DNA from: Bispira polyomma
Lineage: Eukaryota
Assembly (NCBI GenBank): GCA_965649765.1
Contig: OZ287759.1
Span: 34,038,001-34,102,000 of the forward strand
Length of the DNA stretch: 64,000 bases
Reading direction: 5' to 3'
In this document: positions 12,460 through 25,355 of the stretch, one piece after another
How the letters are laid out: the number at the start of each line of letters is the position of its first letter
Position numbering within the stretch: the first letter of the stretch is position 1
Position numbers and translations under genes: made by a program
Notes under the pieces: model-generated
Told to the model about the DNA's origin: nothing
Databases searched by the model: none
Seen by the model: the letters and a program-made list of their open reading frames with translations, nothing else

Positions 12460-14453
12460 AGTAAGGACCTGGCATGTCATATGACTTTTGGTCATGATTA
12501 TTCTCAGTACATGTGTAATATCATAGATAAGATCATTGAAAAAGATATCATGTATGTTAAATGTAATAAAGTTCAAAAACCCAGAGATAATTGGAAAAAA
12601 ATGCACAAGGTGAGTTGTACTTCCGCTCCGCTCATTAACAACCTGGATGGGCTGGTGGGCCCTGACATGGAGGCTAATTCTTCTTCAAAAACGTTACCCA
12701 ATAAGGACATCGACAACCCTGATAAAAACACAGGTTTTATCAAACTTACTAGTACTCCATTTCAATTTGTAAGACCAGACAGGGATTCGGTTCTGCTAGA
12801 TAGTATTGAGAACATTATGCATGTTGCAAACATTATAAGAGACACAGGACTTCCGAATTACAGACAGGCACGAATACCTATCACGTCTCAACTAAATATT
12901 GCTGCATGGGAAAAGATAACGCAGAATCACCCAGATAAGATAGTTACACAATACTTGAAATTCGGTTTTCCGTTGTCATTATATAATGCAGATCAGTTGC
13001 AAGCTAAACACGTGACTAATCATCAATCGGCTCTTGAATACTCAAATGCAATTGTTCAATATCTTGAGAAAGAGAAGTCTAAAGGGGCCATGTTAGGTCC
13101 AGTGGACATACTTCCAGATCCACATTACCATTGTTCCCCCTTGTTAACCAGACCTAAAGATCAGGATAAACGTAGAGTCATTCTAAATCTTTCCCACCCA
13201 TTGGGTGATTCAGTAAATGATCACGTCAGTAGGGACAGTTATGACAACACAAAATTTCTTCTTAAGTTTCCCAACATAGATACGGTTACTTCTAACATTT
13301 TGAAATTTTCTGACCCAGTTATGTTTAAGGTCGATGTGGCCAGAGCTTTTCGAAATTTAAGAGTGGACCCCGTCGATGCTCTTAAACTCGGTATATGTCA
13401 TGACAATAAATACTATGTCGACGCTGCAGTCGCATTTGGGTGGGCGCACGGAAGTGCTGTCTTCCAGCGATGTTCAGACATTATTGCAGATCACATGGCT
13501 AAGCAAGGGTATTACATTTCATGCTATATCGATGATTATATTTGCGTCTGTCAGAAATCGGAGGCGCAACGAGGTTTTGATATCTTCTGCTCATTGTTAG
13601 GAGATCTTGGCCTCCCAATGAACCCGGATAAAATTTCACCCCCTTCTACATGTGTCACATTCTTAGGCATTGACATTAACATCGACGAGGGCACTATTAG
13701 CATAACTCCCCAAAAAATAAAGGAAATTTACGACGCATGTGTGGAAGTACGCACAAAATCATGGTTATCACGTTCAAAATTCCAGTCCATACTCGGCAAA
13801 TTGCTGTATATTCACAAGTGTGTAAAACCAGCTAGGTGCTTTATCAATAGGTTACTTTCTGTATTCAGGGCTTCGCCCGGTGCCAAGCGATTCAAACTCA
13901 CAGATAATATAAAGAAAGATTTAGACTGGTTTGTCGCCTTCCTGTTTAAATACAATGGAATTACTTTCATTGTCCTTTCTACTATTAGCGAATATACTGA
14001 ACTCCATTTGGATGCTTGCTCAACAGGACTAGGTGGCATATGGGGCTCACAGATTTATTATACACCTGTACACAATATTTACCAACAGAAATTACACATA
14101 ACCCAATTAGAGATGGTCAATATTGTAATATTGTAAGGATCTGGGGTGATGACTGGGCTCACCAGAAAGTTACTTTACACTGTGATAACATGGCTGTAGT
14201 CTTGATTGTCCAGACCGGCAAAATTAGGGACCCCTTCTGAGCAGCATGCATTCGGAACATTTGGTTGATATCTTCCATACTGGACATTACTCTGAACATA
14301 CAGCATATAAAAGGTAAGGAGAATATATGGGCAGACGCACTTTCGAGCATATATTCAGATAATCCCCCTAAACAAGAAGTGCTGGAGAAATTAAGCGATT
14401 GCACACGTAAGGAGGTTCCTATAACACATTTTAACCTGGATAAAAATATCTAA
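12460..14453 (+). pseudogene. Element A reverse transcriptase + RNase H (DIRS type); frameshift and stop in RNase H
   Basis: YLKFGFPL, CSPLLTRPK, RRVILNLS, KVDVARAFR, FGWAHGS and YIDD (RT). LDACSTGLGG, ITQLEMVNI, HCDNMAVV and HIKGKENIWADALS (RNase H). Confidence 0.93.
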
Positions 14454-14459
14454 TTGTAG

Positions 14460-15437
14460 GTGCCACAACTGTAATAGATTCACTCACCACTGCTGCGATC
14501 AACAGGATCAACACAGCACTGAGACCTGCGACTACATCAGCCTACATTAGCCAATTTAGGACATTTCTGGCTTTCCTGCAATATGCACACATTCAAGACA
14601 TCACTGTACATTCAGTACTGGCATTTTTGGAATATCTTATGCAGAATAATTTATTTCCAAAAGTAGTGAATAACTATCTTGCGGCATTGAAATTCATGTC
14701 TGCAAAATATCAAATCAATACAGCAGTGTTTAAACACAATGCCATTTCCCTGTTTACACGTAGTTTGGTTCATAAACTCTCCTTTTAGACCAGCTTCAAA
14801 AGGGGTGTTTGACATTAAACAACTGTTAAAAATCTCAAAGGCATGTGAAATTCTTCCAGACACACAGTTATTCAGGGCTATATTTTTGGTGGCATATTAT
14901 GGGTTTTTGCGCATGTCCAACATCGCCCCACATTCAAGAAGCAAATTCGACCCCACTAGAAATTTACTGATTCATGATGTAGTATTTGGCTCTCCTGGGG
15001 TACACCTCATAATAAAGTGGGCCAAAAACATGCAGGACAGATCCAACTCACATGTTGTCCAGTTACCTTCAATTAAAGTTCCATTACTATGTCCAGTTAC
15101 AGCACTTCATGGTTTGATCAATAACAGGGGGCTGGCGCCTTCCGCCCCCTTGTTCACCTCAGCACAACCCCCTCATTACCCTGTAGTGGACTCACACATT
15201 AGGGCAGCATTAAAAATGATACTTCAACATATTGGAATTGATCACTCTACACATGGTTTTCATACATTTCATAGGTCCGGTGCAACATTGGCATTTAATA
15301 GCAACATTTCTTTACAAAATATTATGGCACACGGACTTTGGCGCAGCTCAGCTGTATGGACTTATCTTCAATCTACATGACAAGCTGTCTCTGTGATTCC
15401 ACACACTTTTGCAAACATTGTCCCCACTTCCCTCTGA
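14460..15437 (+). pseudogene. Element A tyrosine recombinase
   Basis: GFLRMSNI, IKWAKN, LCPV, FHTFHRSGA, AHGLWRSSAVWTY. Frame begins at splice acceptor TTGTAG|G (14459/14460). Confidence 0.92.
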
Positions 15438-16594
15438 CTTGGGTTTGGGTTCATTTAAAATCTCAGTTACCTCTTGAAATTTTAAATATTTTATATTAAC
15501 TACTGCATATTGTACATAGCTATACTAACTTGTACAGGAAAATAAACTCCAAAACAGTATCTTTTTATTGTCTTGTATCACCAACTGCAGACACTTTCAC
15601 ATCACTAATTTACTGAGACTTACACATAGGGAACTGTTAATTAAATTTCCATCTTTCCTGACTGATAACGTAATGTTTTCTTTTAGAACCCAAAGAAGCT
15701 GGATTTGAAGTATTGACATCTTCCAGCTTATCCAGAATTTTTTTTATTACTGTCGTTCCTTTTTTCAAAGCAATTTGTAAAACAGTATTTTTGAAAATAA
15801 TTTTCAAAAAAATATTTTACACCTTTGTACTTAACATATTGTTTTTCTGCCTTAGACATACATTTCCAAGAAGTTAATAACTCTTCACCCAAGTGTGGCT
15901 TACTATTTTTGAAATGTTTACAGGTTTTTTACTTATTTACATGTTGGCAATCCAGATACTCATTCATTTCATTCAATGAAAGTTTACATATTTCGTTACA
16001 GATCATCTAATGATTGTTAAGGTACAAAATTTTTCTCCAGACTTGTGATTATTTCTAACAGAGATTGCCTCCAGATTGGATTATTTAAGAAATTTGTGTG
16101 AGCTCTGTCGAAATTATATCTTACAAAACTGCTTTGTTTATCTTGGCAATTTTGATTTTTAATTGTTTGATGCCTTGATGTTTTATCATTTGAATTAGTA
16201 AAATTTTCAATATTTTATGGAGAAAATTCTATACACAAAACAGGGTGATCTTGGGCCTACATGAATAGATATTGAGTTAAACAAATTATATTGATTTATC
16301 AAATCAGTAACCAGTAATACCACACACTTCTTAACAAGACATAAGTTCATGGTGTAACACAACATATTCAACAATAGATTTACCTCTTGAGTTTATACTT
16401 GTATAATTGTGAAATTCTAGCGTTATTCTTCCATTGACCAAACACATTTTAGAATTTTTAGAAATTGACCAAACAAATTTTAGAATTTTTAGAAATTCAC
16501 TGAAGTTTTCACAGAAAGAATTTTTAGTGGTATCCAAAACTATCCATGGTGTTATGGAATCAACTCCTTCATTAAAATCATTATCATTTCCAAC

Positions 16595-17530
16595 TAGCGG
16601 ATGTTCAAAATTGGAAGGCGCTGAATAAGCTCAAGCTAAATCCTGATAAAACCGAATTCATATTGTTTGGCTCGAGCACTCAACGTGCTGAACTGTCAAA
16701 TTCTTTTCTAGTAAACATTCTTGGGACACTGTTATCCCCAACTGATAAAGTGAGGAGCCTGGGAGTTGTGTTTGACAGTGATTTTTCCTTTTCCAGTCAT
16801 ATCCAATCAGCGTGTAAGTCATGCTTCATGGGTCTTAGAGACCTTACAAGAATCAGAAGGTACCTTCCAAAATCGGTTGCAATAATGCAGCAAATGTCCT
16901 GGTTGGTAGCAGACTGGACTACTTCAATTCACTGTGTCGTAGTTTAACCAAAAAGGACCTAAACAAATTGCCATGCATTCAGAATTGATTGGCATGTCTG
17001 GTCAGTTGTTCTGCCCAGCCTTCACATGTTTCACTGATTCTGAAGTCACTCCACTGGCTTCCTGTTTGGTATCAGTGTGTTTTTAAAACTGCTACAATAG
17101 TATACAAGTTTCTCGATTCGGGTTTGCCTAAATACTTTGAACCACACTTGTGTTACTACAAGTATAATGTTAATTTCAGGCAAGCTGCTCCCCGAAATAG
17201 ATTCCTTCTTGTTCCAAAATAGAAGTCCAAAGTGCACAGTTCAACGGTTTACTTTGATAAAAAGTTTTGCAAATGAGGCTCCTACCCTATGGAATAGTTT
17301 ACCTTAACACATCAGGACAGCTCCGTCCCTGTATTCCTTCCGACACAGTTTAAAGACCTATCTATTCAATGATGCATTCCCTCCATAGTCTCTTTCCCAT
17401 TCTTGGTGGATACATTGATGACGACTTTTTTCTGTCCATCACCAATGATTTTTGGCTATGGCTGTGTTTTTTTGCGCTTTAGAATTTATTACAACGAAAA
17501 TAAGCTCTAAAAAGTCTGATATATTATTAT
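16595..17530 (+). mobile_element. 5'-truncated L2/CR1-group LINE 3' fragment
   Basis: KLKLNPDKTEF, VRSLGVVFDSDFSFSSHI, LKSLHWLPV, APTLWNSLP, FRHSLKTYLF, then a short 3' UTR with an AT-rich tail. Confidence 0.85.
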
Positions 17531-20500
17531 AAAATATTATTGAATTCACCACAACAAAGTATACAATCAATGTAAGGATATAATACAAGATTAGAATAAT
17601 ATGACTTAACTTAAGACAAGAAATTTAAAATTGCTTATTTTATCTGCATATTATACACAAAAAATGCCTTCAGTTGACTTATTTGGTATTTTTACATAGC
17701 TAAAACTTCATGGGAGTGTTAAATGCAGCTTACGGTTGTTGGGGTTATTGGATTATGGTGTATGACACGTTGCACTGTGGGGGAATACTTTGACTGAGGT
17801 GACTAGGTGAGGTGGCATTTCTCTGAAATGAAGCACTAGTATGTGGGACATCAAAACTTTACACTTGGCCGAGGTCGTTGATTGTGGGCGGCGGTCTTGA
17901 TTGAGCTCCAGGCTGTAGTCGAACCATTGTGTTTTTGCCAGATTGGTTTGAAAGAACTCTATTTCCTGAAGATCTACTAACATCTGTTTGTCTACTGTTG
18001 TTGGAATCCTCATATTTTTTAACAATCCGTCCATTACCAGCTAACTTATACTGTTGATCTTCAGGGACCTCTGATAACACAGTACGAACATCAAGGTAAA
18101 AAAGTCTCTCAATGTGGCTTTTCGATGATCTTACATAGATATTTCTTAAGTGAGATTTGTTACGCAATAGCTGTACTTTCTCTTCTACTGACCTGAGCTG
18201 GATCTTCAGCACCAACTATCTGCCATTATGCTGTAGGGTCCTCATGAGACTCACAAATATTGATTTCTGACCTCCCAGTGCAACTATCAATCCGGTTACC
18301 CCGTCTGCCATCTGCTTAAAAACACTAGGGGGGTTTGTAACAACCAGTGTGACATCTGGCTTGAAATCCTGATGGGTTTATTTCTTCAAGACTCCAACAT
18401 CCTGTAGTAATCCTTACACCCTAATTTTCCTGTTTCAGTTTGTTTATATCTCTTTCATGAATCTGTGTCATGTCTTCCAACTTACTAACTCCGTGGAGAA
18501 TTCTATCCTGTTTTGTGTCAATCACTTCCACCTTTTTTATCACAAAGTTTAGCTTTGAACAGATTTCTTTTAGAATATCTGCAGTATTTTTGCTGTTTAT
18601 ATTCTCAATACCAATCAGTTTCTGTTTATTGAATAAAGGGGCAAACACACCTGTCCGATTTTGCTTTTGAATCCGTCATCCGACATCCATTTCCGTCATC
18701 AGAAAAAAACAAAATATAAAGAAATTAAGAAGTAGAATACACCTAGCCAACATCACCCCAGATTTGGAAACCGATTTTTTTAAAATATACATAAAGAATA
18801 TTGGCGGATTCGGAAACAAAATCGGACAAGTGTATTCACCTCTTAATACTGGACTTGGTGGGTCCGCTTTTGCTTTTTTGTCCTTTTTTGCCACTTGACA
18901 TAATAAATAAAAAGCACTGCCTTTTGTGTCCCGAACACACACATTTAGCAAGCCAGGTTCCCAACACCATTATTCATATTGTGTCACCAATATAATAAAA
19001 TCATGTGATACAATATGTAAACATGAAACCAGTATATAATACATTAGTTTGTCAGTAATTCTCCTTATAACACCATTATTCAGATTGTGTCACCAAATAT
19101 AATAACTATTATCCTGTGTGGATATCAAATTTATTATGTAAAACTAAGTAATAACACAAGAAAAAGATACTGAGCTGAAAAAGCTCTCTGATCTACAGTG
19201 CCACTCTATATACCCATACAAAGTGTTAAAAGCGACGATAAACCCAAATTAAATCAAATTTACAGATAAATATATAGATAAACACCAAGCGACACTACCT
19301 TATGGGTACTCGGGCCTAAAGACCCTCGTACACTATTAAGCTTACATAATGTAAGTGCCACAAGGTGTTTATCTATTATAAAACCCAACCTAACTAAAAC
19401 AACATGGTAGAAAATCGCTACTACTACATTATTTTCTAATGCTACATTATTAGAAAATAATGTTGTGACAGTTCAATGACAATGCATGCCGCTTGGGCTT
19501 TATCCATATAATAACAGATACCTATTCACTTTTCTTCCTTTGGTTTTGCGTAATGCTTAACACTATTGATTATGGAAGAGTATTAGGGCCACCCACATAA
19601 TTCGTTTTTTAGTTGTTGAAATAATATTTAGATTCATCGACTTATCATCTCCATTAATCAGTCTCAAGTTTAAACAGCTTTCTGACATAAAAAGAAAAAA
19701 AGGAGCAAATCAAGTTCTTGAAACATCAATAATGATCTATAACATTTAACAATCATTTTTTGAGGAATACATAAAAAGGGTCCTCCGTTTAATTTGATAG
19801 ACCTTTGGTAGGAATATTTTTGATGTTTAGGTTGAAGTTTCAATAGTACATGTATCACTTATAATAACATTTCTAACAAAATACCTCACCTGCTTAGTGT
19901 TCAAAGCAAGCTTAAAACATAAACTTAACTAATAAATTAACTTTTAAATTTATATATTTTGAAAATATAGCCATAAAAATAACATCATTTTACATATGGG
20001 TTACGTATATAGGTTGAAGTGTTATTTTAACTTTGAACTTAATAGTGTAATAGTGCAGATCTGTTGCAAAAGTTTATAGCTTAATGTTAATGTACTTAAT
20101 AATTAAATATAGAATTGATGAAATGGACAAAAATAACTAAAACCTAATAAAAAATTTAAAGGAGAATTATAAAAAAATAGATTTTATAACCTACAGTTGC
20201 AATTTATGTATGCAAGAGGACAAACATTATATAACGTATCTACCATTCTCTGATTTTAATGAATGAAATACTTGATGCAATAAAATACAAAGCTAACCAT
20301 AGTAGTATTTTAGTGTTACTGAGGCCAAGATTCATAAAACTACTATATGGATTGCAGGAACAAGTAAGTTATTTTATTGAGATAATAAGTCAATTGTTTT
20401 ACTTGAGATATTAAGTTAAATATTCTAGATATAAAATCGAATAATTGAGCTAATTGGTAGAAAATGTTTTTCCTGTAGGTGACCCTTACAGTTTTTCATG

Positions 20501-20545
20501 GTCTACTTGGTTTCTGGTAAAAACAGTGATTTTCATACATTTTCT

Positions 20546-21090
20546 GGCAGTGGCATCGCGCCTAATTCTGGTACCAGACTAGGTGGAGTAATTAGACCAC
20601 CAAAGGTCAAGGGGACCACCATCATTAACTACAATATACACACAGAGAGTGTTTACAAGTTTGGGGCTCTGCTCTGACATTTTATTTTAAATTTTAACTT
20701 ATTTTTTATACACTAGTTAAAGAATGTACATAAGGCCACATGGGATACTATGCATACTTGTATGGATAAACATGAGAGGCTGGTTTAACGAGATTGTACT
20801 TATCAAATTCCGGTTTCTCCTGGGGGTGACAGCGTCGCCTGTGTGACAGACTCGGTTGGCCATGCTGATCAGGAGGACATCCCGGTATCTGTATCTACTC
20901 AGATTCTCCTCCAGTTAGAAACTATGAATCAGAAATGGGACAGCATGGACCAAGGAGTCCAGATTACTGAGACGGCGTTGTGCTTACCTAGCGACTGGGC
21001 ATGTACTTCTAATCCCATAAACACTAATATTAACATGGCTACCTGTAATACTCCAGTAGACGCTATTGCCTCGTCATTACTTCCATTTTT
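20546..21090 (+). mobile_element. 5' fragment of another Ngaro-like YR element
   Basis: Starts GGCAGTGG like element C. Degenerate N-terminal Zn motif (CMDKHERLV*RDC) and coiled-coil QILLQLETMNQKWDSMDQGV, similar to element C QQILQQLRKVNKRLDVV. Confidence 0.55.
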
Positions 21091-22565
21091 TTAAATTTCT
21101 TTTGTGGAAGTCATTTTTTAAAACGAGAGGAGTTCCTTGACCTAATCATAAAACATGTAAGTACTCCAACAGCATCAGTGACTATTCTATATCTTTTAAA
21201 ACATATCATGCTTGTAACTTACCTCTGATGAGCCTCAAATGCAGATTCCTCGAACAGAAATGCTCAGTGTTGACAACTTGGTCTTTAGTAGGATTTGGTT
21301 GTGTGTTCTGTAATGCTGTAGCAACTTACTCGATGCACACATGTTTAAACATTTGCAAACATCATAATTTAATGATTTCCTTCACTTTGTTTCACAGTTG
21401 CGTGTCCCAAATGCCTGTATAAAGAAGTTTGACAAACATATATGATTGTAGTTATTGTTTTTGTAGTGTGTTACTTTGACACTTGTAGCCTAGATGATAT
21501 GGTGGTAAATGATAGTAGTAAATAAAAAAACTTATGGTGCTGAATAAAACTGAGGCCAAAATACATGTGAAATGTCATTCACCGACCTTGAGAGTTTCGC
21601 AGTTGCATAACATAAATCTAAATTTAGAATGGCGACACTTTTTTAGGTGAATAGTTTGAACATTACATTTTTTTACCCACTTAGGTATACAAGCTTGCAA
21701 ATCAAGGAATATAGCTTTCTTTCTTTAACAACCTTTACAGAACCATTTCCGTCTACTATTTTCCTTCACACTGGCAAAAGTGGAGCTCAATTTATATTGG
21801 CCCAGACAGTGTTTACATTAATGATGCCAATTTATATTTATTAAATCAGAGAAAAAGAACAATGTATATAATTATATTTCAAAAATTTTAAAAGTTAGTA
21901 CTGAATTGAAAATTTTTACAGGTGCAACTACACCTGTCCGATCTTGCTACCTGAATCTATCATCAAAGCAATTACATTATTTGAAGGCTGTTTTGTAAAC
22001 ACCGTTTTTGGTGCAGATCTGGATAAAACTAAATCAGTACTAAGTACTTACTGTTTACTTTATTGAGTATTTACTTTATACTTCAAAAACTACTAGAAAA
22101 CGAGTATTTTGTCAAACTGGGTTAATTTTAGTAAATACTCTAATTCAATATATGTAAAGTTTTACATTGGACTTGTGTCATAACCACTGAAAATAATAAA
22201 GACTCCACATATTCCATTTTAAGGCCGCTGTATGGTATATGTACTAAAATAAAAATTTATGAAGGCAGCGGAATATCTCAGCAGCGCATTTATGTGTTTC
22301 CATTCATAGCCCTTTAAGAGTAATGTTATCATATTTATTAGGTGTGTACAACATTAAAACAAGAGTTACCGTGCCGTAGCATTTATTTATGAAACGTAAA
22401 GATGGTCACCAACATGAAAAATCGAACAATGCTTGCGCTTGTCTCCTTTGTCTCCTTTTCTCACAATCGGTTTGTAAACAAATATTTGGACTTTGGTGAT
22501 ACCAGTGAAGAATGCCAATGTGATTTAATATCTCCTTTGTACAGTAAACTAAGCATTGAATTTGA

Positions 22566-22670
22566 CTATGTAGCTAATTTAACTATATTTAAGTACATAT
22601 TGCACTTTGGACAAAAACTATGTAGCTAATTCAACTATATATATGTACATATTGCATTTTGGACAAAAAC
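22566..22670. repeat. ~52-bp tandem duplication
   Basis: CTATGTAGCTAATT..ACTATAT...GTACATATTGCA.TTTGGACAAAAA occurs twice. Confidence 0.8.
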
Positions 22671-23293
22671 ATTTTCATACGACCTTTAAGGTCAACAAAT
22701 TTGCATTACAAGGTAAGGTCAAACGTACAAATGGAAAATATACCTTTTGTTTCGTTTATCCCTCAATTACCCACTATTGATAGTTCCATATAGCATTTAT
22801 CTTTCTAAACATCAAGACCCGTATGCACTATCGGGCTTAGGAGCTTTACAGACCTCTGATGACACACCACTACAAACAAAACAGTATAAAACCATATACA
22901 TTGATTATTTAGACTGCCTTCTACATGACACAATTTAACTTAACATAAACCTTTAAAAACATTGTGTTGTTGCATATTTTTATATTGATTGTTTACAAAT
23001 GGCTGCAAAGTAAAAAAAACTCAATTTGGGTGATGTAATGATTTTATATGGAATATGTAGTGTTGTGTGTACATATTAATGTCGTGCAGTGTTGTGTCGG
23101 TCCATGTAGTGTAGTGTCATGTAGGAGGCGGTTTAAAAAGCCCTTTAACCAAGTCTTAAGCTTAAATCTAGAACAAAGGTATACTAACTTTGAGCTTGGT
23201 TAAGTAAATACAGGCACTGTAACATACTCTGTCAGTTCCCCCCAATTGTTGCAGGTCAAGCAGTAAAGGTGATGTTTGGTATGTAATGTGTGA

Positions 23294-23543
23294 GGGGCTG
23301 CGGTGGCCTAGTGGTTAGCAAGCATTGCGCTTCACAATCACTGGTCTCTCACCTCTGGGCGGCGTGAGTTCGAATCCCGTCGATGCCTATGTGGGAAAGG
23401 TGGTAGTTCCTTACTGTGGGCCGCTGGTTTCAGTGCAGAACCTTGACCGACTGTATGCAGTGTTTCCTCCAGCGTTTCCAACTACCCGTCCCAATATAAC
23501 CTACTAAAAGGTACTAGAGTGGACGTTAAATATCTAAATTCAA
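23294..23543 (+). mobile_element. tRNA-derived SINE, full length
   Basis: A box TGGCCTAGTGG, B box GTTCGAATCC. 16-bp TSD GGTATGTAATGTGTGA (23278-23293 / 23544-23559). Near-identical to 62996-63254. Confidence 0.93.
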
Positions 23544-24874
23544 GGTATGTAATGTGTGAAAGATGTGGTAAAACTATAAGTTTGACAGTTTATTTTTGTA
23601 CAAATGAGGACATAGTATGCAGTGTAAAGAGGGTTAAAATAGTAAACACCCAATCCAAACTAGCCTTGGTTTAGTGAATACGGGCGCTATAAGTTACTCT
23701 GTTCTTTTCCTCAAAGAGTAAAAAGGTATTTACTGTTTTATATTGATTTGTGGAGTGAGGGACACCTGTGCCATTTTGGGCCTCTCGCCACATTTATGCA
23801 CACAAATAATGTGTATATATATGTGTGTGTTGTGTAATCAAATGATATTGTATGCTTGGTTTAATATTGTCAGTTGAATAAACTGGCTATTCCATCCTTA
23901 CTTGTGGTTTAATCTTAGTTTATAAATATTCCTTAATCTGGGCTGATATAAATGATGATTATATCAAATATATAATCATATTTGTATCGCCAAAGAAAGG
24001 CTAACCTTGTATAAGCTGGGAGTGGAGCTGGAACATTGTTCGGAAAACCTTCTGTGTGTGTGTGTGGCCCAGTTGAACATTTTCTCTTCACTGACACAGA
24101 TATATATTCATGAATTAATGCTAGTGGAAAAAATTACCCACCTTTAACCCAGTCTTCACTCTAAAATTTGAACACATATGATATATTGTCCTTTTTTGTA
24201 TAACCATTTTTGTATGTTGTTTTTGGTCTTGTAAATCATACTTTTTAATATTAGTGGGTTAGATTTTCTCACTATATTTTTGTAAATAAATATAGTACAT
24301 ATAAGTCACTTGTGTTATGAGTGTACTGTTGTAATTAAATGTAAAGATCTTGTATGCTTGGTTTTATCTATCCATTTTTTGTCAGCTAAATAAACTGGCC
24401 ATTTCAATCGACATGTTGTTTTTTCATCTTAGTTTAAAAATACTTAAAAATTTTTGCTGATATAAAACTTACTTATTCACATATATTCATGTACACGTGT
24501 GTGACTTTCCTCTTGTCATTCTAAAATGTTCTGTAATAGAGAAATAATAAGCTGGCCATTTCAATCCATCACAGTTATTTACTTTTGTATAAATATACCG
24601 AGAGCCACGGGCAGCTATAAAAGCCTTTAAAATAACTGGTTTGGACTATATAAAATGTGCATGTTATTGCTTTTTGACCAAAACATAGATAATTTCATAA
24701 TACATAAAAACCACCCTAAATAAAGAGTTGGGTACACATTTTTGATCCAGATAATAAATGTTCCCGACGGAAGTTACATGATTATATAATCTGCTTATGA
24801 GTGGGTATCTTGGGGAGATGACCTTTTATCAATGGTTTTTGTTATGCAGGTCAGGTTGCAGTGAACGGGTATAA

Positions 24875-25355
24875 TGCCCCAGTCACACATTGCCGGTATT
24901 ATAGGCAGTGGTAGAAGGTTATAGAAGGTTACGCACCTTCCATTACCGCCTATTAAATCGGTTGTTCCGTTTATGCCAAAAATACCTCCTAAAACATGTC
25001 CAGATAAGTTTTACAGACAGAAAAAGACGCTAACAATGCTACTTTGATAGACTTACAGTAGTGATGCGCAAAAAGTCGTAAGTGGTCGGAAACACATGAT
25101 TACAGGGACGGAAGACTTACAGTAGAAATTGGTAGTACTTGGAAATGGGCTGAAGTAGTTTAACGCTGTTCACCACTTTGGTGGAGGCCGAAATTTTGAA
25201 CATGCTTATAACCATCGCCTACCACAACTGGTTACAGACAGCAAGGGAAGGAAGCTAAACTTAGGGGAAGCTAAAGATAGTGTTACTGGCGGTAGAAGGC
25301 GATTTCCGAAACGTCTCTAACCGCCCATCCATACCGCCAATGTGAGACCGGGTCT
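24875..25355. mobile_element. Non-autonomous TIR element (PIF/Harbinger-like MITE)
   Basis: 25-bp imperfect TIR (TGCCCCAGTCACACATTGCCGGTAT vs reverse complement AGACCCGGTCTCACATTGGCGGTAT, 20/25), flanked by TAA on both sides. Confidence 0.75.

Larger units (their letters stand above)
10992..15600 (+). mobile_element. YR retrotransposon A (DIRS order, Ngaro-like), no visible terminal repeats, no TSD
   Basis: ORF1-RT/RNaseH-YR. Removing 10992-15600 restores the host LINE frame (minus-strand ATT AGT GAT|ATC AAT GAA). Begins GGT like elements B, D and E. AATAAA at 15541. Confidence 0.88.
9893..18960 (-). mobile_element. Decayed APE-type non-LTR retrotransposon (clade unassigned), interrupted by YR element A and an L2-like fragment; RT core appears deleted
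   Basis: Minus strand: ORF1-like pieces 17859-18648 (coiled-coil; IYVRSSKSHIER). APE C-terminus NYTSINSRGKSIVEY (16331-16450). Linker ISD|INEVLDK*KSDFSSVYN. Post-RT motifs LPIIEYCSSIWG and EKVQNRAVRFYLG (~10570-10660). C-terminal CKLCNTGVKDEIHFLC (~10160-10215). AATAAA near 9920. Confidence 0.72.

Noticed and set aside
21900-22030. Remnant resembling the LINE ORF1 start at 18647-18685 (ACACCTGTCCGAT)
   Set aside because: Match too short to call a feature.
23294-23390. tRNA gene
   Set aside because: A and B boxes are present, but it continues into a SINE body with TSDs and has multiple copies.
23560-24600. Degenerate dispersed repeats (AATAAACTGGC.ATT.CAATC) as a satellite or Helitron
   Set aside because: Similarity is visible but too weak to define unit, boundaries or class by eye.
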